The position numbers were made by a program, and so were the translations under genes. DNA of 64,000 nt from positions 972,616-1,036,615 of the forward strand of contig MU004186.1 in NCBI GenBank assembly GCA_010093605.1. Reading direction: 5' to 3'. The stretch's first letter is position 1. The number at the start of each line of letters is the position of its first letter. Positions 36,939 to 48,609 of the stretch are shown here, piece by piece. This DNA is from Lophium mytilinum (taxonomy: Eukaryota). The notes below the pieces were generated by a model. It made no database searches. It was not told the origin of the DNA and worked only from the letters and a program-made list of their open reading frames with translations.

Positions 36939-38453
36939 ATGTCCAACCGCTTTTCGCCTCCTGGTCGCGGTAGCAAACGCCTGCGCCACACCAACTCTAC
37001 GGCCGACATCGACGACAGAGATCTCGACTACGGCCGCCTGTCGCGCCCGTCTAGTGTCGACAGCTTCAAGCCGCGCTCCGAGCCGCTACTATCAAGGGAA
37101 TGGTCAGCGCCATCGGCGCTGGAGTCACTCGTCGAGCAGGAGGATTCGTACGAGATCGAGGACATGTCCTCTCAAGAGCTTCATGCGGCGCCAAGATCGC
37201 ATGGGCAGGCTGAATCCGGGACGATGCCGTATGACCATGACGAGCTTGCGTCGACTGGGCTGACGAACGAGGAATATCAGAACCCTTCCACTCCGACCGC
37301 GCTGAGCCCACAACACCAGAACACCTTCGCGCCAGCGACGGCGAGTCCAGGATATCCAATTGCCATGATGGGAATGTCACCAAACGTCAGCCATCGCCGG
37401 TACACTTCACAGGAAAAAGCCGCCACCCCTGTGATCCAACACCGTCAACCCGCGTACTGGTCCGGATACCGCCAGCCAACCCACCCCTATCCATCACAAC
37501 CACCACCCATAGCAGTCCAGCACGGCTTCCGCCTCCCCTTCCAAACCCCCCAACCAACCCACCCCGACGACCCTTCCCTCCCGAAGAACTTCAACTTCCA
37601 GCCCCTCACCTGCTTCTTCTGGAAGACGCGCGCCCACGGCTGCAAGTTCACCGCCGGGGAGTGCCAATTCGCGCACTGGGACACAGGCGCGCTTGCGCCC
37701 GCGCCCAAAGACTTCGATCTGGGGCTGTCCAAACGCGAGCTGAAGAAAGAGCGGCCGGCGATCGCGAACCGGAGGGGCGGCGACGAAGAGCAGCGTAAGA
37801 AGCGTCCCCCTTTTCGCGTTCCCAGCGGAAACAACCTACTCACAAAACCCGTACTCACAAAACCCGTACTCACAAAACCCGTACTCACAAAACCCGTACT
37901 CACAAAACCCGTACTCACAAAACCCGTACTCACAAAACCCTCTCTAGACGCCCCATCACCAAACTCTCCATACGCCCATTCCACCCAACAACCGCACCCA
38001 CACACCCCGAATCCGCACCACCCGCTCCAGCAACCCCAACCCTTCAGCGGCGGCCCGGGTGTGGGGGTGGGTGGGGGGGTGGCAGCGTACCAGCACGCCA
38101 GGGGCTACCAGGTCCCTTACCAGCAGCACCTCAACAGCCCGCCATATGGGTACGGGGGCGGACTGCAGAGCCCGTACCTCTCGCCGCGGCAGCAGGCGCA
38201 CCGCCGACCTCACCAACCGTCGCCGTTCAGCCCGTTCCATACCCCGTACTCCTCTCCGCCGCAGAATCCCCCACTGCCCCCCGGAGCCCCGCAAGGACCG
38301 CAGCAACAGCGCCGGCAGAAACTCCCTCCGGCGGAAGAAGCGCTGGCGGGGCGCGAGCGCGCGATTGAGGAGAAGGAGAGGCAGTTGCGGATGTGGGAGA
38401 CGCGGTTGAGGCAGTGGGAAGAGGGTTTGTGTGAGAGGGAGAGGAGGATGTAG
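36939..38453 (+). CDS. Low-complexity P/Q-rich protein with one CCCH zinc finger and C-terminal coiled coil
   Basis: CFFWKTRAHGCKFTAGECQFAHWDTG in a 504-aa ORF. Confidence 0.8.
   Translation: MSNRFSPPGRGSKRLRHTNSTADIDDRDLDYGRLSRPSSVDSFKPRSEPLLSREWSAPSALESLVEQEDSYEIEDMSSQELHAAPRSHGQAESGTMPYDHDELASTGLTNEEYQNPSTPTALSPQHQNTFAPATASPGYPIAMMGMSPNVSHRRYTSQEKAATPVIQHRQPAYWSGYRQPTHPYPSQPPPIAVQHGFRLPFQTPQPTHPDDPSLPKNFNFQPLTCFFWKTRAHGCKFTAGECQFAHWDTGALAPAPKDFDLGLSKRELKKERPAIANRRGGDEEQRKKRPPFRVPSGNNLLTKPVLTKPVLTKPVLTKPVLTKPVLTKPVLTKPSLDAPSPNSPYAHSTQQPHPHTPNPHHPLQQPQPFSGGPGVGVGGGVAAYQHARGYQVPYQQHLNSPPYGYGGGLQSPYLSPRQQAHRRPHQPSPFSPFHTPYSSPPQNPPLPPGAPQGPQQQRRQKLPPAEEALAGRERAIEEKERQLRMWETRLRQWEEGLCERERRM
37837..37940 (+). 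repeat. Coding minisatellite (TACTCACAAAACCCG) x ~7, encoding LTKPV repeats
   Basis: Six perfect 15-bp units plus 14 bp, in frame inside the CCCH gene. Confidence 0.97.
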
Positions 38454-38795
38454 GGGAGGGTGGTAGGGGATGTCTGTGGGGATTTGGGGAGGGAGGTAGG
38501 ATGGAGGCGGGAGATGGCAGCGGTCAGGAATCCGGTGGCTCGTGGACGTGTGACGGGGTTCGTGTTACAGGCTGTTGGATTCGAGAGGTGGTGTACGAGA
38601 ATGGGAAGGGTAATGGGAATCGGTAGTTAAACGGCACTGTCCGGCGTGCTGCAAAGGGTAATGGGTAATGGGACACTCGACTCGAATGAGATGTAGGATT
38701 ACGGGGCGTAGGTAATGAATTTCGTTTTCTCTTTTAACAAGATCGAGACGACCGTAATACGTAACGGACGTCGCCACCCGTAACCACAACCATCC

Positions 38796-40521
38796 TTACA
38801 ACTCCTCAATCCTCCCCAACACCCAGCTCAAATGCCGGTAGCTCGTCCGCGGCTGAAACTGCGGCTGCATATGCCCACTCTGATACGTCTCCGCCCACAT
38901 CAACCCGCGCTCATGATGCTGCACCCCCATAATCCCCTGCCCGGGCCCATCCCACCCCTCAAACCCGCTGTCCACATACACCTGCGCGTACTGTAGATCC
39001 GGCAGCTTGATGTTGATCGGTTTCGACGGCTGCGCCACGAACCCCAGCGCGCCGTTCCACGTCATGTTCTGGATACCGAGTAGGGTACCGACGACCGGCA
39101 GCTCCATGTCGTAGTCGCCGCCGGCAATGAGCACGCGGTTGGTGGTCTCGATGACGCGCGGGAGGACGTGCTGGATGGGGTCGGCCGAGAGGTCGCCGTA
39201 GCCGGCTGGGCCGGAGGAGCCGTTGAAAGCGAGGCCGTTGCATTCGCTCCAGGTGGTGTTCGGGGCGTGGATCGCGGCCTTGACGTCGGGGCGGTCGAAG
39301 TAGGCGTACTCGCCAAATGCAGGGTACAGGTACACGAGATCGGAGGGGAAGCCGAGGGGGTCGGAAGGGAGAGGGCACATCAGGCTGATTTCGTAGACGT
39401 TGAAGCAGGGGTTGATGCGGTACGCTTCCTTGTACACTTCGTTCCAGAGGTCGCAGCCGTCGGCGGTGGTGTTGGGCTCGAAGGCGGGCTGGACGCCCGA
39501 GGCGGGGTAGGTGAGGTAGGTGTCGGTGTAGTTGCGGTAGCCGCAGCTTTCGTAGGCGTAGGAGAGATGGTCCATGTAGGTTTTGTTGAAGTTGAAGAAC
39601 TTGGCGTGGTCTTCGACGAAGGGCACGATGGGGATGGCGGTCTCCTGGCGGTCGAGCTGGCCAATGACGGGGTCGTAGATGAGAATGCCCGAGAGGTTGT
39701 AGTAGCATGGGTCCGCAGCCTCGATCATGGCGTCGGCGATGTATGGCACATATCTGCCGGCGTAGGACTCGCCGGTGACGTAGATCTTGTAGTTCTTGAT
39801 GCCGAACTTGGTTTGGAAGTTCTTGAAGAACTTGAGGAAGTCGGCAGCGATTTCTTCCTCGGAGGTAGCTACGGGGGTGTAGTTGGCTGAAAATCCAACG
39901 CCGAGAGGGTATTCGACCCTAGACTCAGTCAGTTTGTGTTGAGTTGAGACTTCTTCCTCATGTCAAACTTACCATAGCATATTCGTCAGGTTGGCCCAGG
40001 CATACATGTTCTGCTGTGCATTCGCCATGCCCCACGACCAGATGAAGGTTCCCGTTTCTTGCAAGAAGCCCTCCAAGGACGAGCAGCCAGGTCCGCCATT
40101 CAACCAGATGGTGATTTCGTCTACAGGATCACCACCGATGCGCGGCTCGAAGAAGAAGAACATGGCACTATCAGGATCAGACTCATCCACGGGCATGAAG
40201 CCGCTGTACAGCTCGCCGACATCAATGTCGATGTCGGGGAGAGCATCGACGCGGTACTCTAGTATGCGTCAGAGCTTATTGAAGAGGAGGGAGCTATCAA
40301 TGCAATTGGAGATTCTCACCAGCAGTAGTATCCGTCAGATAACGGAAGCTGGACGTATTCGTAGTCCTCGACTCTATTCCACGCCGTGCAGGCTGCGCAT
40401 GCTTTTGAAATCGCTCCTTCTGGTCTGCTTGGGTATTGTAGAGTTTGGCTTCAACACCAGCATTATTTAGCAACAAGAAAAAGGCAGCAAGAAGCGCCGG
40501 AATCAACAATTGACGAGCCAT
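38796..40521 (-). CDS. Secreted serine carboxypeptidase (peptidase S10)
   Basis: Signal peptide; WLNGGPGCSS; GESYAG nucleophile; SGHM catalytic His; two introns near 40260-40318 and 39918-39972. Confidence 0.95.
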
Positions 40522-41171
40522 GGTCAGAGGATTGCGTTGCAGGCACGGAAGGAAACCCAGGTACGGGGAAGCAAGCATTTAAACAGAACGAGCAAGGGTA
40601 GCTCCGTCGAGCTTGCGAGCTCAAGGTGCGGGCATCGACCCATCGCAGGCCGTTATCCCGGAACCCGGGATGGCCGGCGTGGGTTTTCTCGTGTGGCAAG
40701 GCTTCCAGCACCACGTCGGAGGGTTAGTGTTGGTGGTCTTGGCTGGATGAGGAAGCTCGCATGTTCGCGGTCAGATCCGGTCGTCATACTGCAGGAGCTT
40801 GGGCCAGGGACGAGAGATAAGCTCCAGATAGCGAAGAGGAAGCTTTGCGGAGGATGGATAATGACGACCTTGATTCCAGGCGCGCCATTGAAAGCTTCTT
40901 ACAACAGCGACGCGCAATTGGGACGTGGAGAGGGTGATGCAAGGGAACTATGAGGGATGCTAGTGGGCTTGTCCCTGCGCAAGGGCAGGAACTCGCCTCC
41001 ACACGAGCCAGCAAGATAAGCACGCTAGGCAGGGTATATGCGGGGTAAAGAATCAAGCTTCGGATTCTCACTCACCTTTTTCGATATGTACAGTAGCGTC
41101 GAATGCATCGAATGATGCCTTCTGGTTTGGTTCAAGACTCTTGGTGATGCCCCGAGAATGATACACCACTT

Positions 41172-42696
41172 CTACAGCCCCTTCCCAAACTTAGCCGCAA
41201 TCTCCTCTTCGGAAAACTTCCTCGTCTTACGCCTTAGCATCTCTGCCCTCTCTTCCAAGCTCATAGTTCCCTGGTCCCCGATCGGCACCATACATTTCGC
41301 CAAATATGCATAATCTTTCTGCAAGATCTTGATCGTCATCATTACATAATCGATGTTCGTAAACACGAGAGCTTGCTCTTTTGCGTACGTTTCTTTCTGC
41401 TTGATGAAGGAGACAGGGTGCTCACGCCAGTGGCGCAGCGGGTTTAGGTGGTGCGACGTGTGGTAGCCGTCGTTGTAGCAGAACCGATTAGACTGGGGAA
41501 GAATGGTCAGACTGGCATCAACCAAATAGATGAGACTTCGCTTTCGAGGAGCGAAATAAACTTACCGCAACGTCGACGAGCGTAATGCTGGATCTGAAAT
41601 CAGAGTTTGGGTCCACGTCGTCCACCAGCGCATGCTGGCCCCAGTTCCCGACCATCAGCCCTATCCGGATCACCAACAACGGCAGCAAGAACACAAAGAC
41701 GGTGGCTCTGGTGTTGACGTAGCGAGCGAGAAAGAATAGCGTCGCATAGTTCCCAAGTTCAAAGAACAGAACTTTGCACGCCATGCTGTTCTTTCCTTTG
41801 CGGAAGAAATAGATCGGTAGGTCCAGCCACACGAAAAAGAAGAAGCGCCCGACGTAGTGCAAGAAGTCCGGAACGCTATCGCGCTGGTAGCGGAGCGTAG
41901 ATGAGAGATCATCGGGGCCGTTGCCTTCAACGTGGTGGTGCTTAACGTGGTGGAAGAAGTACGAGTTCCACGTGTGCCCCATCAGCGGGTCGGTGATGTA
42001 AGGAAAGACGTAGTCAATCCAAGAATACTTTTTCGCAAGAATTCCGCGCATATGGATGTGCTGATGCATCATAAGGGTGTACGTGCCGACATACCACGAC
42101 TGCATCAGCCAGTGGAGCACCCCATGGATCCACGTGAAGTGGTAGTAGAGCATGCAAGCGCTGGGAATCGACGTCGTGAGGTACAGCAGGAGGTGGGTCA
42201 GCATGACGACGTCGGTGTCTACCCGAACAACGCTACGGGCCCATTTGATGTACGGTTGGAGGAATCTCTGGTAGGAAATGGGATGCTGCGCTTTGATGTA
42301 TCGAACGTCCCACGTGACAGCCACCGTGGGCTCGAAGTTTTCGGAGGAAGGGTTGCTGAGGGATTGCAGCGTTTCAATCGTGAATTCATCGGAGTACTGC
42401 TCTGGTCTATTGTCTTTCTCGGCGCGGGCTCCATTCAGTTGCCCGTTTCCATTCGCGTGGCCGTTCATCTGACGTTGTATGGGCGCCTTCGCATGCCCAT
42501 TCGCGTCACCATTCGAGTATCCATTCGATTGAGATGTTGGACCTCCGTTCGCTGTCGGCTCCAGCCGCGTCAAATTCCGGAGAACTAGGTAGTCCTGGGG
42601 CGTGAGATTGGGATCAAGATGAAGTTCTGAGGCCATAGTCCTCGTGGATACGTCGGGCTCTCTGCAGACTTCATGCTCGACAGCGGTGGTAGACAT
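41172..42696 (-). CDS. Membrane fatty-acid desaturase-like protein
   Basis: His boxes HQHIH, HHVKHHH and YHTSHH; hydrophobic segments; one intron ~41493-41565. Confidence 0.85.
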
Positions 42697-43731
42697 CTCA
42701 ACTGGATGATTCTGCGGATGAAAGAGGTGCCTAAACAGCGTCGTTCTTATCAAGGTGGCAAGTCGAGTGGCGCAAAATCAGAACGTATGGTAGTCTGTTT
42801 GCAGCCGCGTCCGCAAAACCACAGAGCTCTTGCTGTCCAAATGAATGGCAGGTACTACGTTGTGGCTCCGAACCGACGAGGCTCTCCAACGCGCTCAAGA
42901 GAAGTCGTTAAATCGGGCAAGACGCGTGCAGGTACAAACAGTTTTTTTAATAATAATATTACTCCATGAATGGCGAAGAGGACGGGATTCACAGTCTGCT
43001 ACTCGATTTTGGAGAAGCACATTGAAAACTCACCGCAGGTTTCAAAGCTTGTATCGGCGGAATAAATTCCGGGTCTAGGCTACATTGCGAGTAGCTTGGC
43101 ACTTAAAAGCAGCTGGTCTTCTAGCGGCAGAATAATCGTCTGTGCATAAATATTCTATGGGTTTATCCATGTCTCACGCGTTGGACGCGTGTTCGTCACT
43201 TGTTCCCTTTCTTTCATCAAGCAATCCATCTTCTCAGATCCTGCAAAATTCACCTTCTCTCATCCGTCTCATTCTCTTTTCCATGAATCCACTCTTCACT
43301 TTCAGCGTACCATATATTCGGCAACTTGTTCGGTGTTTGTTTTGCTAAATGTCTCGTGCGGTCGTCGGTGCACCTGTCTGCCACTGCTTGAAGTGCTTCA
43401 ACAAATTTCTATAGCCCAAAGCTAAGAGGATCTAGCTCGTTCATACGGTTCAAAATGCATTAAAGCACTATAAGCACCGGCAGACGAGGCAGAATGCTTG
43501 CTGAGTGCGCCACCTTATTCATGACCATCATGCTAAGTCAATATAAAGACCCATGGACGCGCATTTACCACCAAGGCATCGCGGACCCCAAAGGAGTCGA
43601 AACCTTGTATCGGCCGAAGGCTATGTTGAGGAATAGTGTAAACCTGACTCTTGGGGATGTGATTGGTCCACTCGCTTATTCGTCAAACTGCTTTGAGTTC
43701 CACGACAGGTGGCATGGGAAGGGAGACTGCC

Positions 43732-43929
43732 ATGGCGGGTGGCTACTATGCGGAGATGGGAGAAGGTCTTCCGTATGGGGACGAGGGCTTACCGAGCCAC
43801 GAGGCGGGTGGTTCCGAGGAGGGGGAGTTGCGAGCTGCAGGGACTACTGAAGAGGAGAAAGAGCGGATGAAGTTGCGAGAGGCCGAAGATGCGCTAAACA
43901 AGATTGTTGGATTAGGACAATCACCATAG
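43732..43929 (+). pseudogene. Remnant paralogous to the 3' end of the gene at 44832-46084
   Basis: EMGEGLPYGDEG..EEGEL..GTTEEEKERMKLREAE versus EVGEGLPYGDEG..EEGEM..GTVEEEKERKKLRETE. Confidence 0.7.
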
Positions 43930-44831
43930 CAAGCGATCACGGTAGCAAACTTGGGTCCATTCCTGTATATTAACTAGCCTTCCACCTAATATCAGACGCT
44001 ACGGCCTGCAATCTACAAAGTTGAACCTGGGCTAGGTAGAGTGAGGGAGGCTGGGTGGCGTCGACGTCCGAAAGAAAAGCGGGAAGATGATGGAGAGAGC
44101 AGGATGAGTGCTTACTTTTGTTCTTTCAACACTACAGTCCGCTACTCCGGGACTTTTATGATAATTCTACCAAATCCAGCGGTTCCTGCACTGCAAGCTT
44201 TTACCCTTTGAGATTATTCTTCTATAATTTGACCTCTATCATACTACTACTTTATACCTCTTTATGCACTTCTACAATCGAAATTTCTATAGATCTAGCT
44301 GTAGACACGTGTTGCTTTTCTAACTTCCGCGCTTTCATACTGTTAAGGTGTCTTATTGAATTTCTATGCTATACATTACTGGGTCATAAATATACGCACG
44401 TGGATATATCATTTGTCCGGTCGCAGTCTTGTTTAATCGAAACCACTGTCAGGAGCGCCCCGGGTGGTAGATGATAGCTTTGTCAAAAGGTAGTCTAATT
44501 TCCGCGGCGTTGGCGTTTACATCCTCTTAAGATTTATAACAGCTTATCGGGGTGCCCCAAGCAGTGGCAAGGAGTGTCCAAACCTGTCTTTGGTACTGTA
44601 CTATCTCTCTATTCACTACAAATCGGCGCGAGTTTGCGGATACCTTCGGCACACACTCGGGCCCTGCATTATTGAGATATAATTTCGCCTTCCGCAGAGC
44701 TGATTTCCTCTTTTGAACACACACAGCCGTCAATCCAAGTCTTCTCTTTCTTGTGCTGCAACCACGACTTCTGATACTGCCACTCCTTTCTCTTTTTGCC
44801 TATTATCAAGACTACTAGCAGACTGTTAGAG

Positions 44832-46084
44832 ATGGCATCCTTTCTCGGTTCCACACAGGGGCCTGCTACGGCCTCGCACACCGTGCTGGGTGCACAGTCT
44901 CGCATCAACTACGATGCGATAAAGCAACTCCTGGTCACCAAGAAGGATAACGGAGAGTGGGAGACGATGGTTCTTCTTGACAGCACCGAGACGCAGTCTG
45001 ACGAGAATCGACTCTGCCACCAGCCGGCTACAAAGCTTCATAAGCTTGTATGCGGACACTGGGTCTTCACCAAGGAGCCCGAAAAATGCGCCCCAAATTG
45101 CCTGGTCGTCAATGTATGTATACAGTTCTACTATCATTGGGTTAATTTATCAAACACTCACATCATTAGACCGGCAAGGTTCCTACTACCGCCTCCCTGG
45201 CCCCTGATTTCGGCTGCCGTCTCTGCGAGCGTCGCAACAACACGAACGACCCCTCGATTCTACAAGATCCAACGAGCTGGCCTGAACTTCTGTTGGAGAA
45301 GTATCATCTCAACGTCTTTACCGAAGCCTCCAGTCTTGGTAGCCGCGCCTGCATGATCGTCTACCTCGCAGTGGACGGCACATTGATTCCATGCGTGGAC
45401 AATGTGGACGCAGCGGTGATACGCGTCCTGATGAGCAAGCATGATGACCGCGGCAACCTCGTCATGCTCCAAGCCCGGCCAGACGTCTTGTCTCTTTTGA
45501 ACAGCCAGCGTACTACCACTTCTTCTTCCACTACCAATCAGGCCCCTGGTATGGCCTCGGACGATCCACTCCTACGCAACGTCCCCACAGGTCCTAGGTC
45601 TCGCAGTGGAACCACAAGCTATACAGCAACTCGTCCGAGAGCGTCCACCGGCTCCAGCATGAAGGCCAGCTTCACCGGCTCCCAGACCACACCGACTAAA
45701 ACTAAGGCTATGAGGAGCCCACATACGTCCCCCACGACCGCCAAGAGAGGAAAAGATCTCACGGGTCCGAAGCGTGGACAAGGTGTCACGAAGTCACCAA
45801 CCAGCATGAAGACCCACAGGGGTAGCCAGAAGACACGTGGGCTCGAGAGAGGCTTGGGTGCCCGCGGAGAGGGGCAGTACAGCATGAAGGGCAGTCAGAG
45901 GCACAGCCGTGGTGGCGACGAAATGGAAGTTGGCGAGGGCTTGCCGTACGGAGACGAGGGTGTAAAGTATATCGAGGGCGAAGAGGAAGGGGAAATGATA
46001 CCCCAAGGAACGGTAGAGGAGGAAAAGGAGCGTAAGAAGCTCCGGGAGACTGAGAAGATCTTTGGCAATATGGCCTTGGATTAG
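44832..46084 (+). CDS. Hypothetical protein with Cys/His cluster (possible zinc-binding) and disordered C-terminus
   Basis: LCH..HKLVCGH..CAPNC, intron ~45114-45169, then FGCRLC, continuing into ORF 45293-46084. Confidence 0.7.
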
Positions 46085-46674
46085 TCTGGTAAAAGCTGGC
46101 GGGAAGGGCTGCTTGGTCTGCTGCAAGTGTGGTGGTTGCGTGGCTTTGGTATACAAAAGGGGAGATCAGGACAGTGGAGGGGGTAGACGGGTTGCGAAGA
46201 TTCAGAAGATAAACTATCAGAAATGCTAAATACAAAGAAGACACGGGACGTCTCAACCTGTGCCCCATCGCGTGAAGACATGATGAACAGTATTGAAATC
46301 GTATCGGTGGCGTATGAGTTTTGACTATCCTAGCGCGACTGTGGAGTCCCTCAGGACCATCTCCATCGGGCGAGCGTAGGATGTAAGTTATTTTCGGCGT
46401 GGAAGTAGCACGATTATACTGCCTCATTAGGGGACGATTAAAGGACCTAGCGCTGATGAGTCATTCCGCGTTGGCACAATTTAAACCTTTATATTGCCTT
46501 AGCAGGACCGACTAAAGTGCGTAGCGCTGATGAGTCATCGTTTCAGTAGCGACTCATAGTACGAATCACACAGTACGCTAGTAATCATCTTTCGCAGATT
46601 ATCTGGGAAGCATATGATAGCCGGCAGTCCGCGGAGTACATGAGTAGGAAATGACGGTAGGTTGCCTGCCAGCA

Positions 46675-47034
46675 TCAATTCCCCGGCAAGTCAACGACCC
46701 CACTCGTATACTCCATCTGGAGTGCTTTCCGCTTCCGGGGTGCGACAGTCGCAGCTTTTGCGCTGATAGCCCTTGAAATTTCCAACATAGACGGCCTGTT
46801 TATCCGCGCAGCTTCTTCCAATTTCCGCTGTTGCTGCACATGTTCTTGATACTGCTCCCATTCTTTCTGAGCCTGGCCCCGGCGGACTTCATCCTCCCTG
46901 TCTCTCTTCTCCCTCGCAGCACGAGCGACATTGTCTTTTCGCACTTGCTCCAGCCTCTCTTCTTCCGCTCTCCTTGACCTCTCCGCTCGCTCGTGCTCGG
47001 CTCTCGCCTTGTGCTCCTCATCCTGTCGTGTCAA
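46675..47034 (-). CDS. Possible charged single-alpha-helix/coiled-coil ORF or gene remnant
   Basis: 119-aa E/R/K-rich open frame; no clear ATG or upstream exon identified. Confidence 0.35.
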   Translation of the reverse strand: MTRQDEEHKARAEHERAERSRRAEEERLEQVRKDNVARAAREKRDREDEVRRGQAQKEWEQYQEHVQQQRKLEEAARINRPSMLEISRAISAKAATVAPRKRKALQMEYTSGVVDLPGN

Positions 47035-48609
47035 CTCTGCCCGCTGATCAGACGCGTCCTACTAGTTGGCCCAAGCTTACTCTTTCACGAGCAGGCTAGA
47101 GAACTAAAGAACACTAAGACGGAGTTAAGTTGAATGCTATGATGCCTTGGGCTTGCTCAGTGAAACATGGATGGATTTCGTAGGGATGACTTGTGACGTG
47201 AAGGTACCTAGGTATAATGGCACGTGATCGAAACCAGAATGAACTGGTCTTATGTCGATATAGTGATGGCCAAACCGATATATGTTCCTACAATCAGCAA
47301 TGTAAGTTCCTCTGCTTGTGTGCCTCTATGCTATCTTTAAGTTGGGGTGCGTGTACTACTACTACTATTTATATCTCGCACGTGACACCCCACTCTACTT
47401 CAACGACTCACGGCTTCACTCCGAACTCTTCCATCAACCACCCTCGAAAATTCTTCTGTTACTCTTCAATGATATATGGCTCTGCTAAGTTGGCTGCTGG
47501 GCACATTGATGCGCACTTTCTTCAAGCAATTTCTTTTTAAGTTACCTGTTCCTTTCTAGCTTGCAAGAACAGGATCACAGCCTTCCCCTGATACCAAAAG
47601 ATGGCATACCATCAATTGTTTCAATCCAGCATTTTCGTTATCACTCCGCATGACTTTGAGCCTAGACATTAGCAAGTACTTCAGCTAGTAAGCGGCTTGG
47701 GAGATATTCATCTAGCTCGGAGATGCCCGAACCTGTATTCTACTATCTATGCCCAGTCTCGGGAACCCCAGAGTCGAAAAGTCAGAAAGCGAATCACTAC
47801 ACTTGCGGCCGAATGCTCCGGTCCATACCTTTACGTCCATTTCGTGATCGGTTCTCGGCTTGATGATCCCAAAAACCGTCGGATGAAACCCTTGGCATCC
47901 CCGCGCCGCATCCTTGGAGTATTTGATAGAGGGCTTGGCAGCATACTCTTGCGGACAACTTCGCACGATAACGGCCTGGGAAGCCGACGACTTTCTCTAC
48001 TTTATCCCCTTTGATCGTCTTCATGCACCCCACTTCAGATCATGACTTGTCTCTTTGATAACGGCTTGTCACCTCGATGAGCAACCAGTTGACCTTCCTC
48101 TTACGTAGGGATGCCCAGCTCAAGCAAACCAAGCCTCTTCCGACTCCACGGTTGATGGGATGCCTTATAAGGGCATTTTCGCTTGCTAATAGTAGCAGAG
48201 AACAGGCACCTGGTTACGTCACATGCTTGCCAAACGAGCAAGACGAGGACCCCATGGCCTACGGCGAACTCCCACGTCCCTCCCACGTTTATAATGGGTC
48301 CAACAGCTCGATCGAAGTAACGAGGAATGTTCCAAGCGGCGTCGCGTCTTAGCATAGTAGAGTAGCGTAGCCAAAAGGCACGACAAACCGGCCTTTCCCC
48401 CGATTCCTATCTAACTTCCATTAGATTGCTTCCTATCCGCTTATCATGTCGGCCAAGTACAACCAGACGAGCTGGTTCACTAGGTGGAGTGTATTCCTCA
48501 AACCTAGGGAGGATCAATCAGCTGTGCACGACTACCGAGACTATAAAGCTGCCCCGGTCTGCTCCTATCATTTCTCCTCTCTCCAGGCACTTTGAACACA
48601 TCATCAATC

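Noticed and set aside
47697..48350. Possible phosphotransferase (APH-like) relic
   Set aside because: Only a vague IPAP-R-I-L resemblance across frameshifts; no catalytic motif found.
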